Origin: Terriglobia bacterium
GTDB lineage: Bacteria; Acidobacteriota; Terriglobia; Acidiferrales; UBA7541
Length of the DNA: 64,000 nt
Assembly (NCBI GenBank): GCA_963695545.1
Contig: OY968796.1
Coordinates: 1,216,001 to 1,280,000 of the forward strand
Reading direction: 5' to 3'
A program made the position numbers and the translations under genes. Within the stretch, counting starts at the first letter, position 1; each line of letters starts with the position of its first letter. Shown here in pieces: positions 8,071 through 17,893 of the stretch. A model generated the notes under the pieces. The model saw nothing but the letters and a program-made list of their open reading frames with translations, searched no databases and was not told the origin of the DNA.

Positions 8071-10728
8071 ATGACGTTCGGAAATCCATACGGAGGTTCG
8101 GGAACGGGCGACGCGCGGCGCGGTGTGAAGACCGGCCCCGCCGCAGCGGCTGCGCACTCACATCGCAGCTGGATGCGGATTGTGATCTTGGGTCTTGCGG
8201 TCGTGTGTGTGGCGAGCGCAAAGGCGCAGACGCCGGCACAGGCACAGACTCCGGCGCCGAGCGCGGCGCCGCCACAAACTTCCGGTTCGGCGCCGGACTC
8301 GAGCTCGGCCGCGGCCCCGGCTGCGGTCGAACCGGCGCCGAATCCCGCGAATAACTACACGATTCAGCAATCGGTTGAAATCGGCTACCGGGACAGCATC
8401 ATCGGCGGGAACGTCGACAACTACGACACGTTTGAAAACCTCGGGTCAGGACCGCGGCTGCTCGATTACACGCTGAGCATGCACGCCGTAAACCACAGGG
8501 GTTTGCTGTTCGACGATTTGTTGTTCAGCAGCTTCGGCTATGGCGGCGATCCGAACGACGTTTCGCGCCTGAGCGTTGATAAGAACAAGTGGTACGAATT
8601 TCGCGCGATGTTCCGGCGCGACAAGAATTTCTGGAATTACGATCTGCTCGCGAATCCGCTGAATCCTTCGAGCTCGAACCCCGCGGTAGCCATCGGGAGT
8701 TCGCCACAATCGCTTGATTTGACGCGCTGGATGCAAGACTACGATGTGACGCTGCTGCCGCAATCGCGCGTCCGCTTCCGGCTGGGATATTCCCGCAACA
8801 CCAATCAAGGACCCGCAACCAGTACGGTGGAAGGCGGAACGGAGCCGCTGCTTTCGCAACTGCTGCTCTACCAAACGAATAGTTACCGCATGGGCGTGGA
8901 CTACAAGGGGATTGCTAAAACCACGCTGTCGTTCGACGAGTTCCTTACCTATTCCAAAATCAATGAGAGCGAGGCCGACAACAATCTTACTTACAAGCTT
9001 TCAAATGGCACGCCGGTCGACCTGGGGCTTGTTTTCAATACGGTCGGGAGTTCTCCGTGCGCTACGCCGATAACGAATGCAGCCACGACGCCACCAACCG
9101 TTTCGCCGACGTGCAACGCGTACATCTCCTACAGCGAATTCCAGAATCCGCGATCGTCGTTCCCGACCGAGCGGTTCCGTTTCCAGTCAACCTACTTCAA
9201 GAATTTTACGATGGCGGGATCGGCGGGTTACAGCGACGCAAACAACGACGTCACGGATTTCAGCGAGGCGATCAACGACTGGACGAGCAGAACCTCGCAA
9301 CGCGGGAGTACGGCGGGCGGGCCAACGGCGGCCAAGCGGATTTCCGTGAACGCAAACTGGACGGGCGATTACCGTTTGACGGACAAGCTCGACATCTTCG
9401 ACGAATTCTCGTTCGACGACTGGCGCATTCCTTCGATGTGGGCCGCGGCGGAGACGAATCTGTTTGGCACGCCTCCTCCGGTAGCGGGGCAGACCGGATT
9501 GTTGCTGCCCATTGCGGTTTTCACGCCGTCCACGTTCGCTACGGTGTGCCCGGCCGCTCCCTATAACAGCGCGAATTGCCCGCAGCACACTACGGCTTCA
9601 GCGGCCGATGTAGTTAACGAACTCGTTTCGCAATTCCTAGGACAGGACGCGAAGTCGAACACGGTCGAATTGAAGTACGACATCGCGTCCCGTGTGAGCG
9701 CATACATCGGCTACGAGTTTATGGCCCGCGCGATCTCCGACTTCAGCGCGACGTATGGGACGGGAAGTATTTATTTTCCGGGAGGAACAGCCGGCTCCGC
9801 GAGCGGCCCCGCGGCGAACGATTATCTTGCGGCGCGCGGCTCCTGCACCTTGGTCGCGGGCGCGCTGCCCGCTGGTTGTGTACTGAACGCGAACGGCTCG
9901 ATCGAGTATGGTTCGAGCACGCTGCTGACTCCCACAGCCGGGAACGACGCCGCGCGGAATGTGTACGAGATCCATGAAAGCGTGGGGACGCTGGGCGTCG
10001 CGGCGCGGCCGACCGATACGTTGCGGCTGAACGGCGAGTTGATGTTCGGCTACAACGACAATTCCTTCACGCGCATCAGCCCTCGGCAAGTGCAGAGTTA
10101 CAAGCTGCACGCCACCTACACTCCCAAACCGTGGGCGAGCATCGATGGCGCGATCGATATCAATCAGAACCGCGACAATGTCTACACGGTGGATAACATC
10201 GAGCACGCGCGTGTCTTCAGCTTTGTGACCACGCTTTCCGCGAACGCCAATCTGTGGATCGATTTCGGCTACAACTATATGGACATCTACACGCAGACGG
10301 AAATCTGCTTTGACGACACGGGTTCCACTGTTTTTACCTCGGCTTGCCGGGTCACGGGGGCGACCGGAAATCTCGGGACGCTGTCCTACTATGCGAGCAA
10401 GGATCATTACGCGTTCGGCGACGTAATGTGGAAGCCCGTGAAGCGCGTGACGGCGATGATCGGATACGCGGGCACGATCGCGCGCGGCACGACGACGCTT
10501 CTCAACCCGCTTACGCCGACCGGAACGCTCGATTTCAACTACCTCAAGCCGCAAGCCAGCCTGGCGGTGGACATCTACAAAGGTGTTACTTACAAGACAG
10601 CTTGGAATTACTACGGATACGATGATCATGGCGTTGCCAGTCCGATCGGGCTTGCGCCGCTTCCGCTGCAGAATTTCAACGGAAGCAACATCACGTTTTC
10701 GTTGCTATACGCGTTCGGATCTCAGTAG
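8071..10728 (+). CDS. MtrB/PioB-like outer-membrane beta-barrel
   Basis: Directly follows the decaheme gene; signal peptide (MRIVILGLAVVCVASAKA, possible start 8173); aromatic amphipathic strands; near-terminal ITFSLLYAF. Confidence 0.8.
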   Translation: MTFGNPYGGSGTGDARRGVKTGPAAAAAHSHRSWMRIVILGLAVVCVASAKAQTPAQAQTPAPSAAPPQTSGSAPDSSSAAAPAAVEPAPNPANNYTIQQSVEIGYRDSIIGGNVDNYDTFENLGSGPRLLDYTLSMHAVNHRGLLFDDLLFSSFGYGGDPNDVSRLSVDKNKWYEFRAMFRRDKNFWNYDLLANPLNPSSSNPAVAIGSSPQSLDLTRWMQDYDVTLLPQSRVRFRLGYSRNTNQGPATSTVEGGTEPLLSQLLLYQTNSYRMGVDYKGIAKTTLSFDEFLTYSKINESEADNNLTYKLSNGTPVDLGLVFNTVGSSPCATPITNAATTPPTVSPTCNAYISYSEFQNPRSSFPTERFRFQSTYFKNFTMAGSAGYSDANNDVTDFSEAINDWTSRTSQRGSTAGGPTAAKRISVNANWTGDYRLTDKLDIFDEFSFDDWRIPSMWAAAETNLFGTPPPVAGQTGLLLPIAVFTPSTFATVCPAAPYNSANCPQHTTASAADVVNELVSQFLGQDAKSNTVELKYDIASRVSAYIGYEFMARAISDFSATYGTGSIYFPGGTAGSASGPAANDYLAARGSCTLVAGALPAGCVLNANGSIEYGSSTLLTPTAGNDAARNVYEIHESVGTLGVAARPTDTLRLNGELMFGYNDNSFTRISPRQVQSYKLHATYTPKPWASIDGAIDINQNRDNVYTVDNIEHARVFSFVTTLSANANLWIDFGYNYMDIYTQTEICFDDTGSTVFTSACRVTGATGNLGTLSYYASKDHYAFGDVMWKPVKRVTAMIGYAGTIARGTTTLLNPLTPTGTLDFNYLKPQASLAVDIYKGVTYKTAWNYYGYDDHGVASPIGLAPLPLQNFNGSNITFSLLYAFGSQ

Positions 10729-10785
10729 AAATGTTCTAGGGGCTCGTCGCGACGTTCTGCATGTTGTGAAAGGGGATCACGCAAA

Positions 10786-11127
10786 ATGACTTGTTCATTG
10801 ATTCGACGGGCGGTGAGCGCTTTGCTTTTGTCGATGCTGGCGCTGGCTTTCGGCGGCTCGCTGCACGCGCAGGATGCGCCGACGCTGTTCAAAACCAAAT
10901 GTGCCGCGTGCCACGGCGCGGACGGCACTGGGAATACCACGATGGGAAAGTCGCTGGGCGCCAAAGATCTGGGCTCCGCTGACGTGCAAAAACAAACTGA
11001 CGCCCAGTTGACTGACAGCATCACCAACGGCATGAACGGCGGGAAAATGCCCGCGTACAAAGGCAAACTGACAGACGATCAGATCAAAGGGCTCGTCGGT
11101 TACATTCGATCTCTGGCCAAGAAGTAA
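10786..11127 (+). CDS. Small periplasmic monoheme class I cytochrome c
   Basis: Signal peptide, one CAACH motif, distal Met in KMPAY. Confidence 0.95.
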   Translation: MTCSLIRRAVSALLLSMLALAFGGSLHAQDAPTLFKTKCAACHGADGTGNTTMGKSLGAKDLGSADVQKQTDAQLTDSITNGMNGGKMPAYKGKLTDDQIKGLVGYIRSLAKK

Positions 11128-11199
11128 TAATTTTTCAGCGTCCGTCGGCCAGCGTTCCGCTGCTCGCCGATTCACGTGCGCGCGCAAGCAGGAGAAGTC

Positions 11200-11817
11200 G
11201 TGACTGGTTCAACCGAAATCCTCGTCGCATTGATTGCAGTGACGATTGTGCTGGCCGCTGCGTTTCTCGTGCGTCCTTCGATCACTGTGGGAGTTACGGG
11301 CAAGATTCTGGCTTTTGTCGCTCTTTGCATTCTGCCGGCGCTGTGCATCGACGCAGGCATGTCCGCTCACATGGAGCGCTCCGAGCAGACTCAGTTCTGC
11401 ATCTCCTGCCACGCCATGGAAACCCACGGAGAAAGTCTGTACATCGACGATCCCAGTTATATCCCTGCGCAACATTTTCAGAACCACCTCGTGCCGGCAG
11501 ACAAAGCCTGCTATGCCTGCCACACTGACTACACGATCTTCGGCCCGGTGAAGGACAAGCTCCAGGGTTTGAAGCGCGTTTACATGCAATATGTGAGTAC
11601 GCCGCCCAAGGTAATCGTGATCAGCGGCGGTTACAGCAACCTCCAGTGTTTGCACTGCCACGCGGGCGCGCGCAGTTTCGAGGAAAATCCCGTTCACAGC
11701 GCGCTGATGGCTTCACTCACGTCGGATCAGGTGTCGTGTATCACGAGCGGTTGCCACGATTCGATTCACAACGCATCCGAAGTGGGCAACCTGAAGATGT
11801 GGAGGCCCGGCCAATGA
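11200..11817 (+). CDS. Membrane-anchored NapC/NirT (CymA-like) multiheme cytochrome c
   Basis: Two N-terminal hydrophobic helices, FCISCHAM, CYACH, CLHCH and atypical CITSGCH; AGGAGA RBS before GTG 11200. Confidence 0.85.
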   Translation: MTGSTEILVALIAVTIVLAAAFLVRPSITVGVTGKILAFVALCILPALCIDAGMSAHMERSEQTQFCISCHAMETHGESLYIDDPSYIPAQHFQNHLVPADKACYACHTDYTIFGPVKDKLQGLKRVYMQYVSTPPKVIVISGGYSNLQCLHCHAGARSFEENPVHSALMASLTSDQVSCITSGCHDSIHNASEVGNLKMWRPGQ

Positions 11818-12032
11818 AGCTCCGTGGGATCGGGATCCGAAAGTTTCTGCAAGTATCTAGCTCATTGATTATCCTAGGCCTGCTGGTGGAAATTGTGAGC
11901 CTCTTGTGGTTTCACCCGCTTTCGTTTGTCCTCTTCGCATTTGTCGGCGCGACTTTGATCGGCCTGGGAATTCTGGTGTACCTGGCATCGCTGGTCTTCG
12001 CTGTTTCCCCGCCCACCGAAGAGCGTGACTGA
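11814..12032 (+). CDS. Small two-helix membrane protein, 72 aa
   Basis: ATGA overlap with the upstream cytochrome stop; two hydrophobic segments. Confidence 0.75.
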   Translation: MKLRGIGIRKFLQVSSSLIILGLLVEIVSLLWFHPLSFVLFAFVGATLIGLGILVYLASLVFAVSPPTEERD

Positions 12033-12167
12033 CATTTTGGAACGGGGCGCTCGGGTTGCCTGCACGCAGGGCAGTTGGAAATCGCGGTTCGCTGCCTTGA
12101 TCGAAACTCCGGTCGATCGAAGATGTAGCGACACCGAAAATGCCTTAAAATAAAAGAACAGTCGCGT

Positions 12168-12243
12168 GGGCGTGTAGCTCAGCTGGGAGAGCACCTGCTT
12201 TGCAAGCAGGGGGTCGCCGGTTCGATCCCGGCCACGTCCACCA
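12168..12243 (+). tRNA. tRNA-Ala(TGC)
   Basis: 76-nt cloverleaf, acceptor GGGCGTG/CACGTCC with G3:U70, anticodon arm CCTGC-TTTGCAA-GCAGG, GGTTCGATCCC, encoded CCA. Confidence 0.98.
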
Positions 12244-12421
12244 ACGTTTTCTCTGATTGCAGAACACCTTGGAAACTCATCGCGGCTTCTATCCCTTCGT
12301 ATTTCGCGCACCGGAATGAACGCTGGGAGCGAGATCCTGTCGTAGCGCACACTTTTCACATTACCCTCGATCAAAAGAACGATGTTGCAAAGATGCGGGA
12401 GCGACCGGCAAGCTGATACGC

Positions 12422-13321
12422 GTGCCAGAACTGCCGGATATCGCCGCCTACATCAGTGCCCTCGAGCCGCGCATTGTGGCCCAGCCGATTGAGCGAGTGC
12501 GACTCGCAAGCCCTTTTCTTCTGCGAAGCGTGCAACCGCCGATTTCGGATGTGGAGGGTCGCGCGGTGCGCGAACTGCGGCGAATCGGCAAGCGAATCGC
12601 CATCGGTGTAGAGGGCGACCTCTGGTTGGTGCTGCACTTGATGATTGCCGGCCGGTTGCACTGGCGGCCGTCGGGGGCAAAGCTCTCGGGCCGGCAGAAT
12701 CTGGCGGCTTTCGATTTTCCCAACGGCTCTCTTGTGCTCACCGAGGCCGGCACAAAGCGCCGCGCGTCTTTGTATGTGGTAGCGGGTGAGGAAGGCTTGC
12801 GTTCGATCGACCCCGGCGGAATCGAGGTCTTTGCAAGTGATCTCACATCGTTTCGCGCCGCACTCACGGCCGAAAATCGCACACTCAAGAGGGCCCTCAC
12901 CGATCCCCGCGTGGTGAGCGGTATCGGCAACGCGTACTCGGACGAGATTCTGCACGCGGCGCAACTTTCGCCGATCGCGCTCACGCGCAAGCTGGACGCG
13001 GATGAGTGGGAAAGGCTTTTCGCCGCGACGCGCCATACGCTCGGCGTCTGGATCGATCGGCTGCGGGCGGCGGCGCGGGACGAATTTCCGGAAAAAGTAA
13101 CCGCGTTCCGCAAAGACATGGCCGTTCACGGCCGATATGGAAAGGCCTGCCCCAGATGCGGAGAAAAAATTCAGCGCATTCGCTATGCGGACAACGAAAC
13201 GAATTACTGTGCTCGATGCCAAACCGGCGGAAAAGTTCTTGCGGATCGCAGTTTGTCGCGGCTGTTGCGGTCGGACTGGCCGCGAACGCTCGAAGAACTC
13301 GAGGCGCTCAAGCGGCGCTAG
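12422..13321 (+). CDS. Fpg/Nei-family DNA glycosylase
   Basis: MPELPD N-terminus, LHLMIAG, SGIGNAYSDEIL H2TH motif, CPRC...CARCQ zinc finger. Confidence 0.93.
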   Translation: MPELPDIAAYISALEPRIVAQPIERVRLASPFLLRSVQPPISDVEGRAVRELRRIGKRIAIGVEGDLWLVLHLMIAGRLHWRPSGAKLSGRQNLAAFDFPNGSLVLTEAGTKRRASLYVVAGEEGLRSIDPGGIEVFASDLTSFRAALTAENRTLKRALTDPRVVSGIGNAYSDEILHAAQLSPIALTRKLDADEWERLFAATRHTLGVWIDRLRAAARDEFPEKVTAFRKDMAVHGRYGKACPRCGEKIQRIRYADNETNYCARCQTGGKVLADRSLSRLLRSDWPRTLEELEALKRR

Positions 13322-13348
13322 ATGCGGTCATGAACGACGCTTCTCGAT

Positions 13349-14251
13349 TCAGCCGTTCCTGGACACCAAGAAACGATTCTCGGATTGTCCCGGGACTTCC
13401 GTGCGCATCGAAAACAGTCCGCCCGCCAAACGTTCGTAGGACGCCGCTTCGGCGCGAGCCGTAGTGATGTACAACGTCCGGCCATCGGTCCCGCCAAACG
13501 TGCAGGTCGTGATGTTTTGCACCGGCATCTCGATCACGCGGTCAATTTCCCCGGTTGGGGCGACACGCACGATGCACGCGCCAGAAAATCGGCAATTCCA
13601 CAGATAACCATCAGCGTCGACGCTGGAACCATCGGGCAATCCTCGATCGAAACCTTCGAGGAAAGATTGACGGTTCGAAATCGAACCAGAGGAAGCGTCG
13701 TAATCGAAGGCCCAGACGACATTCAGGAGTGTGTCCGCAAAGTAGAATCGGCGCCTGTCCGGGCTCCACGCCAGAGTGTTTGAAATTCCGATGTCGCTGC
13801 ACCAGCGAGTCACGCTCGCGTCCGGATCGAGGCGATAAAGTACGCCGTCGCGGCCGCCCGCCGCGCTGGACGATCCGTCCGCATTCACGTTGTTGCGCAT
13901 CGATCCCATCCACAGCGAACCGCGCGGATCGGAGCGCGCGTCATTCAGACGAACTCCGGGCCAACCTTCGACTTGGAAGATCGGTGCACTTCGCTTATCG
14001 GAAAGCGGCTCCCACAAGATCACTCCGGAACCCAGAACGACGGCCAGCGTGTCGTCGCGATCCGTCAGCGCGAGCGCCGTGACCGGCTCATCGAAAAACC
14101 ATGTACGAACGCATTCGTCGGCGGGCGTGAAGCGATGGATTAGAAAGCGATTGATGTCCGTCCAATATACCGATCGGTGCGCGGCGTGCCAGACGACTCC
14201 CTCGCCGCAAACGTCACCCGCCGGCGCAACGCATACCGGCTCTGCGATCAT
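13349..14251 (-). CDS. SMP-30/gluconolactonase/LRE family protein
   Basis: CGEGVVW, YWTDI, RLND, ISNTLAWSPD, PDGSSVDADG, CTFGG. Confidence 0.93.
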   Translation of the reverse strand: MIAEPVCVAPAGDVCGEGVVWHAAHRSVYWTDINRFLIHRFTPADECVRTWFFDEPVTALALTDRDDTLAVVLGSGVILWEPLSDKRSAPIFQVEGWPGVRLNDARSDPRGSLWMGSMRNNVNADGSSSAAGGRDGVLYRLDPDASVTRWCSDIGISNTLAWSPDRRRFYFADTLLNVVWAFDYDASSGSISNRQSFLEGFDRGLPDGSSVDADGYLWNCRFSGACIVRVAPTGEIDRVIEMPVQNITTCTFGGTDGRTLYITTARAEAASYERLAGGLFSMRTEVPGQSENRFLVSRNG

Positions 14252-15030
14252 TGCAGGCCGAGCCCGGCGAGCAATCCTCCGTCGATGAGGTAATCGCCCC
14301 CGGTGCAGAACGCGGCTTTATCCGAGGCCAGAAACGCCGCAAGCTCGGCCACCTCTTCGGGTGTACCGATACGCCCGATCGGTTCCGCCGCGGCGAAGCG
14401 TGCGAACACTTCTTCCACGGGCATCTCCGGCGAGAAGTGGGCCGCTGAGCGCGCGAGCATGGGCGTGCGAATCGAGCCGGGACTGATCGAATTCACGCGG
14501 ATTTTGTCGGCCACATGATCCAGGGCGAGCGCGCGCGTCAAGCTGTGAACGGCACCTTTGGAAGTGGCGTAGGCAGCGACCCCGTGTTGGCATGCGTAGC
14601 CCTGCACGGACGCGAGGTTGATGATCGATCCGCCGCCGCGCTTCTTCATCTCTGGGACGCCGAAATGCGCCAAGAGATAGATACTGCCGACGTTTACCAT
14701 CATGCACCGGTTCCAAGTCGCGAGGTCCGTCTCCACCACGCTCCCGAAGGGATGGATCGCGGCCGCGTTTGCAATAATGTCCAATCCGCCAAATCGCGCG
14801 ACGGTTTTGCCAATGACCGAACGCACCGCATCCGCATCGGTCACATCGCAAGTCTCTACGACAAGAGTTAGACCGAGATCGGACGCGTGGCGAAATAATT
14901 CTTCATTCGCAACAGCTTCGATGCCGCAGGCCACCACTGCGGCGCCGCCTTGCGCTAAGCGTTCCGCGATGGCGCGCCCAATGCCCGTTGTGCCCGTTAC
15001 GATGGCAACTTTACCTGCAAAGTCTTTCAT
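14248..15030 (-). CDS. SDR-family oxidoreductase
   Basis: TGTTGIG, YATSK, IRVNSISPG; 4-bp overlap with the lactonase gene. Confidence 0.95.
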   Translation of the reverse strand: MKDFAGKVAIVTGTTGIGRAIAERLAQGGAAVVACGIEAVANEELFRHASDLGLTLVVETCDVTDADAVRSVIGKTVARFGGLDIIANAAAIHPFGSVVETDLATWNRCMMVNVGSIYLLAHFGVPEMKKRGGGSIINLASVQGYACQHGVAAYATSKGAVHSLTRALALDHVADKIRVNSISPGSIRTPMLARSAAHFSPEMPVEEVFARFAAAEPIGRIGTPEEVAELAAFLASDKAAFCTGGDYLIDGGLLAGLGLQ

Positions 15031-15542
15031 GCGAGTGCATCCTAAACTTCTGCGTCATTGGCATCACTGACAGCCTGCCGTTGGCAAAAGATTGATTGCG
15101 CCGTCCGCCATTCTGTCGATGGCATCGCCGTGCGCCCCCGATCATAGACCATACTTCACCATCCGAGACGCCGCGGCCGCGTTTGGAGAGGAGTGGGTCG
15201 GGGTCGGCCCTGTCGAGCCCGCCCGACCTTTTTATTTCGTGGCTGAGGCCGCGGAAGGAGTGCGAGCCGACGGATCATCATTTTTCGCGCTGCGAATCCA
15301 ATCCAAGCCGATTTGAATCCAACCTTTGCGGCCTCGCGCCCATCTGAGTACTACATCGGCGCGTAACTCGTTGGCCCGCGCCATGGCGCCGTAGAACCGG
15401 AAGCGATATGTATTTCGCGATTGCAGCGCCGAGCGAAAGGCCCGGGGAACAGAACTTCTTGCACTGATTGGTGTTTGATACTGGTAATGACCACCGAGCC
15501 GCGAATGCTTTCTGCAAAACTGATCTAAAGGAGATTTCTGAC

Positions 15543-16214
15543 GTGAGACGAATCAGCCGCTATCTTCCAATTCTAGTGATATTCCTCGGGATTCCGCTGG
15601 CTTCCCACGCGCAGGGCCCCAGTTTTGACGTGGCCCTCGGTTTCGGCACCAACCACGACAAGACAAACGGGGCGGGCATCGACAACGCCAATTCTGAGAA
15701 CGCGTATGGATCCTGCACCCCGGGCACCGGTGACGCGGATTGCGAAACGACTCCCGCGCTCGACGCATTTGATATGGGCGGTTCCGGAGACGTGATGTTT
15801 CGCAAGAACTTCGGCTTTGGATTTGAAGGCGTCTTTCAACCCGTATCGGCCAATTACGGTCCGCTGACCTACCGGCAAACATTTTACGATTTCAACGCGA
15901 TCTACGCGCCGATCAATGAAAAGCGCGTGTCGCTGAAGATCGAAGGCGGGGCCGGCGGCGCGAAAACCAGCTTCTACTTGCCGCAGAGTTCCTGCGTGGG
16001 GTCGGCCGTTTGCGTGAACGAAACCGAACTTATCGGGGACTCGAACCATTTCGCGATTCACGCAGCGGCTGGAGTTCAGATTTACGTCACCGAGCACGTG
16101 TTCATTCGTCCGCAATTCGATTACCGGTACGTGCCAGGCTTCACCGATCAGTTCGGAAGCACATCTGTACTCGGCGGATCCGTTTGGATCGGGTACAGTT
16201 TCGGTGATCGATAG
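15543..16214 (+). CDS. Small outer-membrane beta-barrel protein
   Basis: Signal peptide after AAGGAG RBS (GTG start), alternating strands, C-terminal IGYSF. Confidence 0.8.
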   Translation: MRRISRYLPILVIFLGIPLASHAQGPSFDVALGFGTNHDKTNGAGIDNANSENAYGSCTPGTGDADCETTPALDAFDMGGSGDVMFRKNFGFGFEGVFQPVSANYGPLTYRQTFYDFNAIYAPINEKRVSLKIEGGAGGAKTSFYLPQSSCVGSAVCVNETELIGDSNHFAIHAAAGVQIYVTEHVFIRPQFDYRYVPGFTDQFGSTSVLGGSVWIGYSFGDR

Positions 16215-16713
16215 AGGGCCGCGCTCGGCGCCGCCGATGCGCTCCGCATTTGCGCCGGCGAGCCGCAAAGCTTATTAACTAGACCCTGTGCGCCGTTCCG
16301 ACGAAAACGAACCGAGAGCGGCGCGCGGGGCTTCTTATTTAGGAAGATGCCCGATGGTTCGGCAACAAAATTCGTGGTAGGCTTCCGACAGAGGTCAGCT
16401 TGCCGCAAGACGCAGGCAACAGGGTCTGCATGTCATGCCGTGCCAAGCTCTAGTTCGCCTCCTCAGCCGGTTTGGCTCTGGGTTCCCAGCCCATGTGCAA
16501 TTCAGGTGGCGTTTAGGCGACAGTAGTACAAAAGTCCTATTCGGCACCCCTTGGCGTCCCAGTACGCTGGTACTGCACAGAGCAGAACCCACTCAGCCCG
16601 GCTCGTCGTAGCTAGAATCGGCCGGTCGAAAACACTGCATTTTCCCAGGCGATTCGCGTCTCGCGAAACCTGGGTAGGCGACGCGGCAAAGTAAAGAAGA
16701 GAGGATCACAACA

Positions 16714-17874
16714 GTGCTTGGGCCAATCGATTCGACTCTCAATCTTGGGTTCGCCACTTCGTCTTCATCTCGGTCTCCGTCCCCAAACAAGGACGCTTGG
16801 AAGGCGCACGTCAGTCAGAAACCGATACCGGTGCGATTTTCGCTCTTGCCTCAGGGTCAGGCACGATGGGGCGCAATGAGCCTGAGTTTGGTTCTCCAGA
16901 TTGTGTTGGCCGGCACAGCCGTGGCCATTCCGCTGCTGTTTCCCCAACAGATGATTCCGAAGATGGTCTACCAGGTGATGAACGTCGCGCAGCCTCAGAC
17001 CGATGTGCCGCTGCCCCCGAAGCCGCCCGTCATCAAACCGCGCGTGCAGCCGCCTCCGGTCGAGCAGCCGCCACCGCCCGAACCGCAAGTGGCCAAATTG
17101 ATGGCGCCGCCGCGCATCGTTGCGCCGCAACTCAAGCCAAAAACCGTCCGCTCCGTGGCCGCGCCGGACATGAGCGCGAATCTCACGCCCGTCAAGATGG
17201 ATGATGCGAGCGATCAGCCCGCGCGTCCTCGGGAGCCGGTCAAGACCGGCATGCTCTCGACCGGAAGCGCCGCGGTGCCCACGATTAACAAGCCCGTTGA
17301 CAAAGTTCAAACCGGGGGATTCGGGGACCCGAATGGCGTACCCGGCCCCGGCAATCCCAACAAGGCCGCGAACGTAAATCGTTTCGGCTCGCCCGCGCTC
17401 CCCCCCGGACCTGGCTATGGAAACGGAACGGGTGGCGCGAATGGCGCACGAGGCGTGGTTGCGAGCACCGGCTTCGGGAACGGGGTCGCAAACCCACCTT
17501 CGGGTTCCGGCCATCCACATGGCACGGTTCAGACCAGCGGCTTTTCAGACGGCAACGCAGCGGCCGCGGCGCCTACGCACAAAACGGAGGACACGGCGGG
17601 AGCCGTGACGCCGGTCGTGATCCTGGCGAAGCCCAAACCGATCTACACGGACGAAGCGCGCAAATTGAACATCGAAGGAGAAGTGTTGCTCGACGTGGTT
17701 TTTCCGGCTTCCGGCCCCGTGCAAGTGAACCGTGTCATCCGGGGACTGGGGCACGGCCTGGATGAAAACGCAATCCGCGCGGCTGAGCAGATTCAGTTCA
17801 AGCCCGCGATGAGTAATGGTCACGCTGTGGATTTTCCCGCCACGGTCCACATCGTATTCGAGATGGCGTACTAA
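16714..17874 (+). CDS. TonB-family energy transducer
   Basis: N-terminal TM helix, Pro/Gly-rich linker, TonB_C domain (PKPIYTDEARKLNIEGEV...GLDENAIRAA..IQFKPA); start uncertain. Confidence 0.9.
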   Translation: MLGPIDSTLNLGFATSSSSRSPSPNKDAWKAHVSQKPIPVRFSLLPQGQARWGAMSLSLVLQIVLAGTAVAIPLLFPQQMIPKMVYQVMNVAQPQTDVPLPPKPPVIKPRVQPPPVEQPPPPEPQVAKLMAPPRIVAPQLKPKTVRSVAAPDMSANLTPVKMDDASDQPARPREPVKTGMLSTGSAAVPTINKPVDKVQTGGFGDPNGVPGPGNPNKAANVNRFGSPALPPGPGYGNGTGGANGARGVVASTGFGNGVANPPSGSGHPHGTVQTSGFSDGNAAAAAPTHKTEDTAGAVTPVVILAKPKPIYTDEARKLNIEGEVLLDVVFPASGPVQVNRVIRGLGHGLDENAIRAAEQIQFKPAMSNGHAVDFPATVHIVFEMAY

Positions 17875-17893
17875 GATTTTTGGAGGATTTGCT

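Noticed and set aside
10765..10781. CRP-like site TGTGA-N7-TCACG before the monoheme cytochrome
   Set aside because: Spacer is 7 rather than 6 and it overlaps the RBS
3262..12243. tRNA-anchored genomic island carrying the cytochrome cluster
   Set aside because: No integrase, no duplicated tRNA end seen, and the cluster lies on the 5' side of the tRNA
15195..15240. GC-rich hairpin with a T-run between the divergent SDR and barrel genes
   Set aside because: No gene ends here and I could not assign a transcript or RNA family
16380..16460. c-di-GMP-I riboswitch-like words (GACGCA...GGGTCT) upstream of tonB
   Set aside because: I could not build the expected stems or the GNRA loop and receptor; needs cmscan
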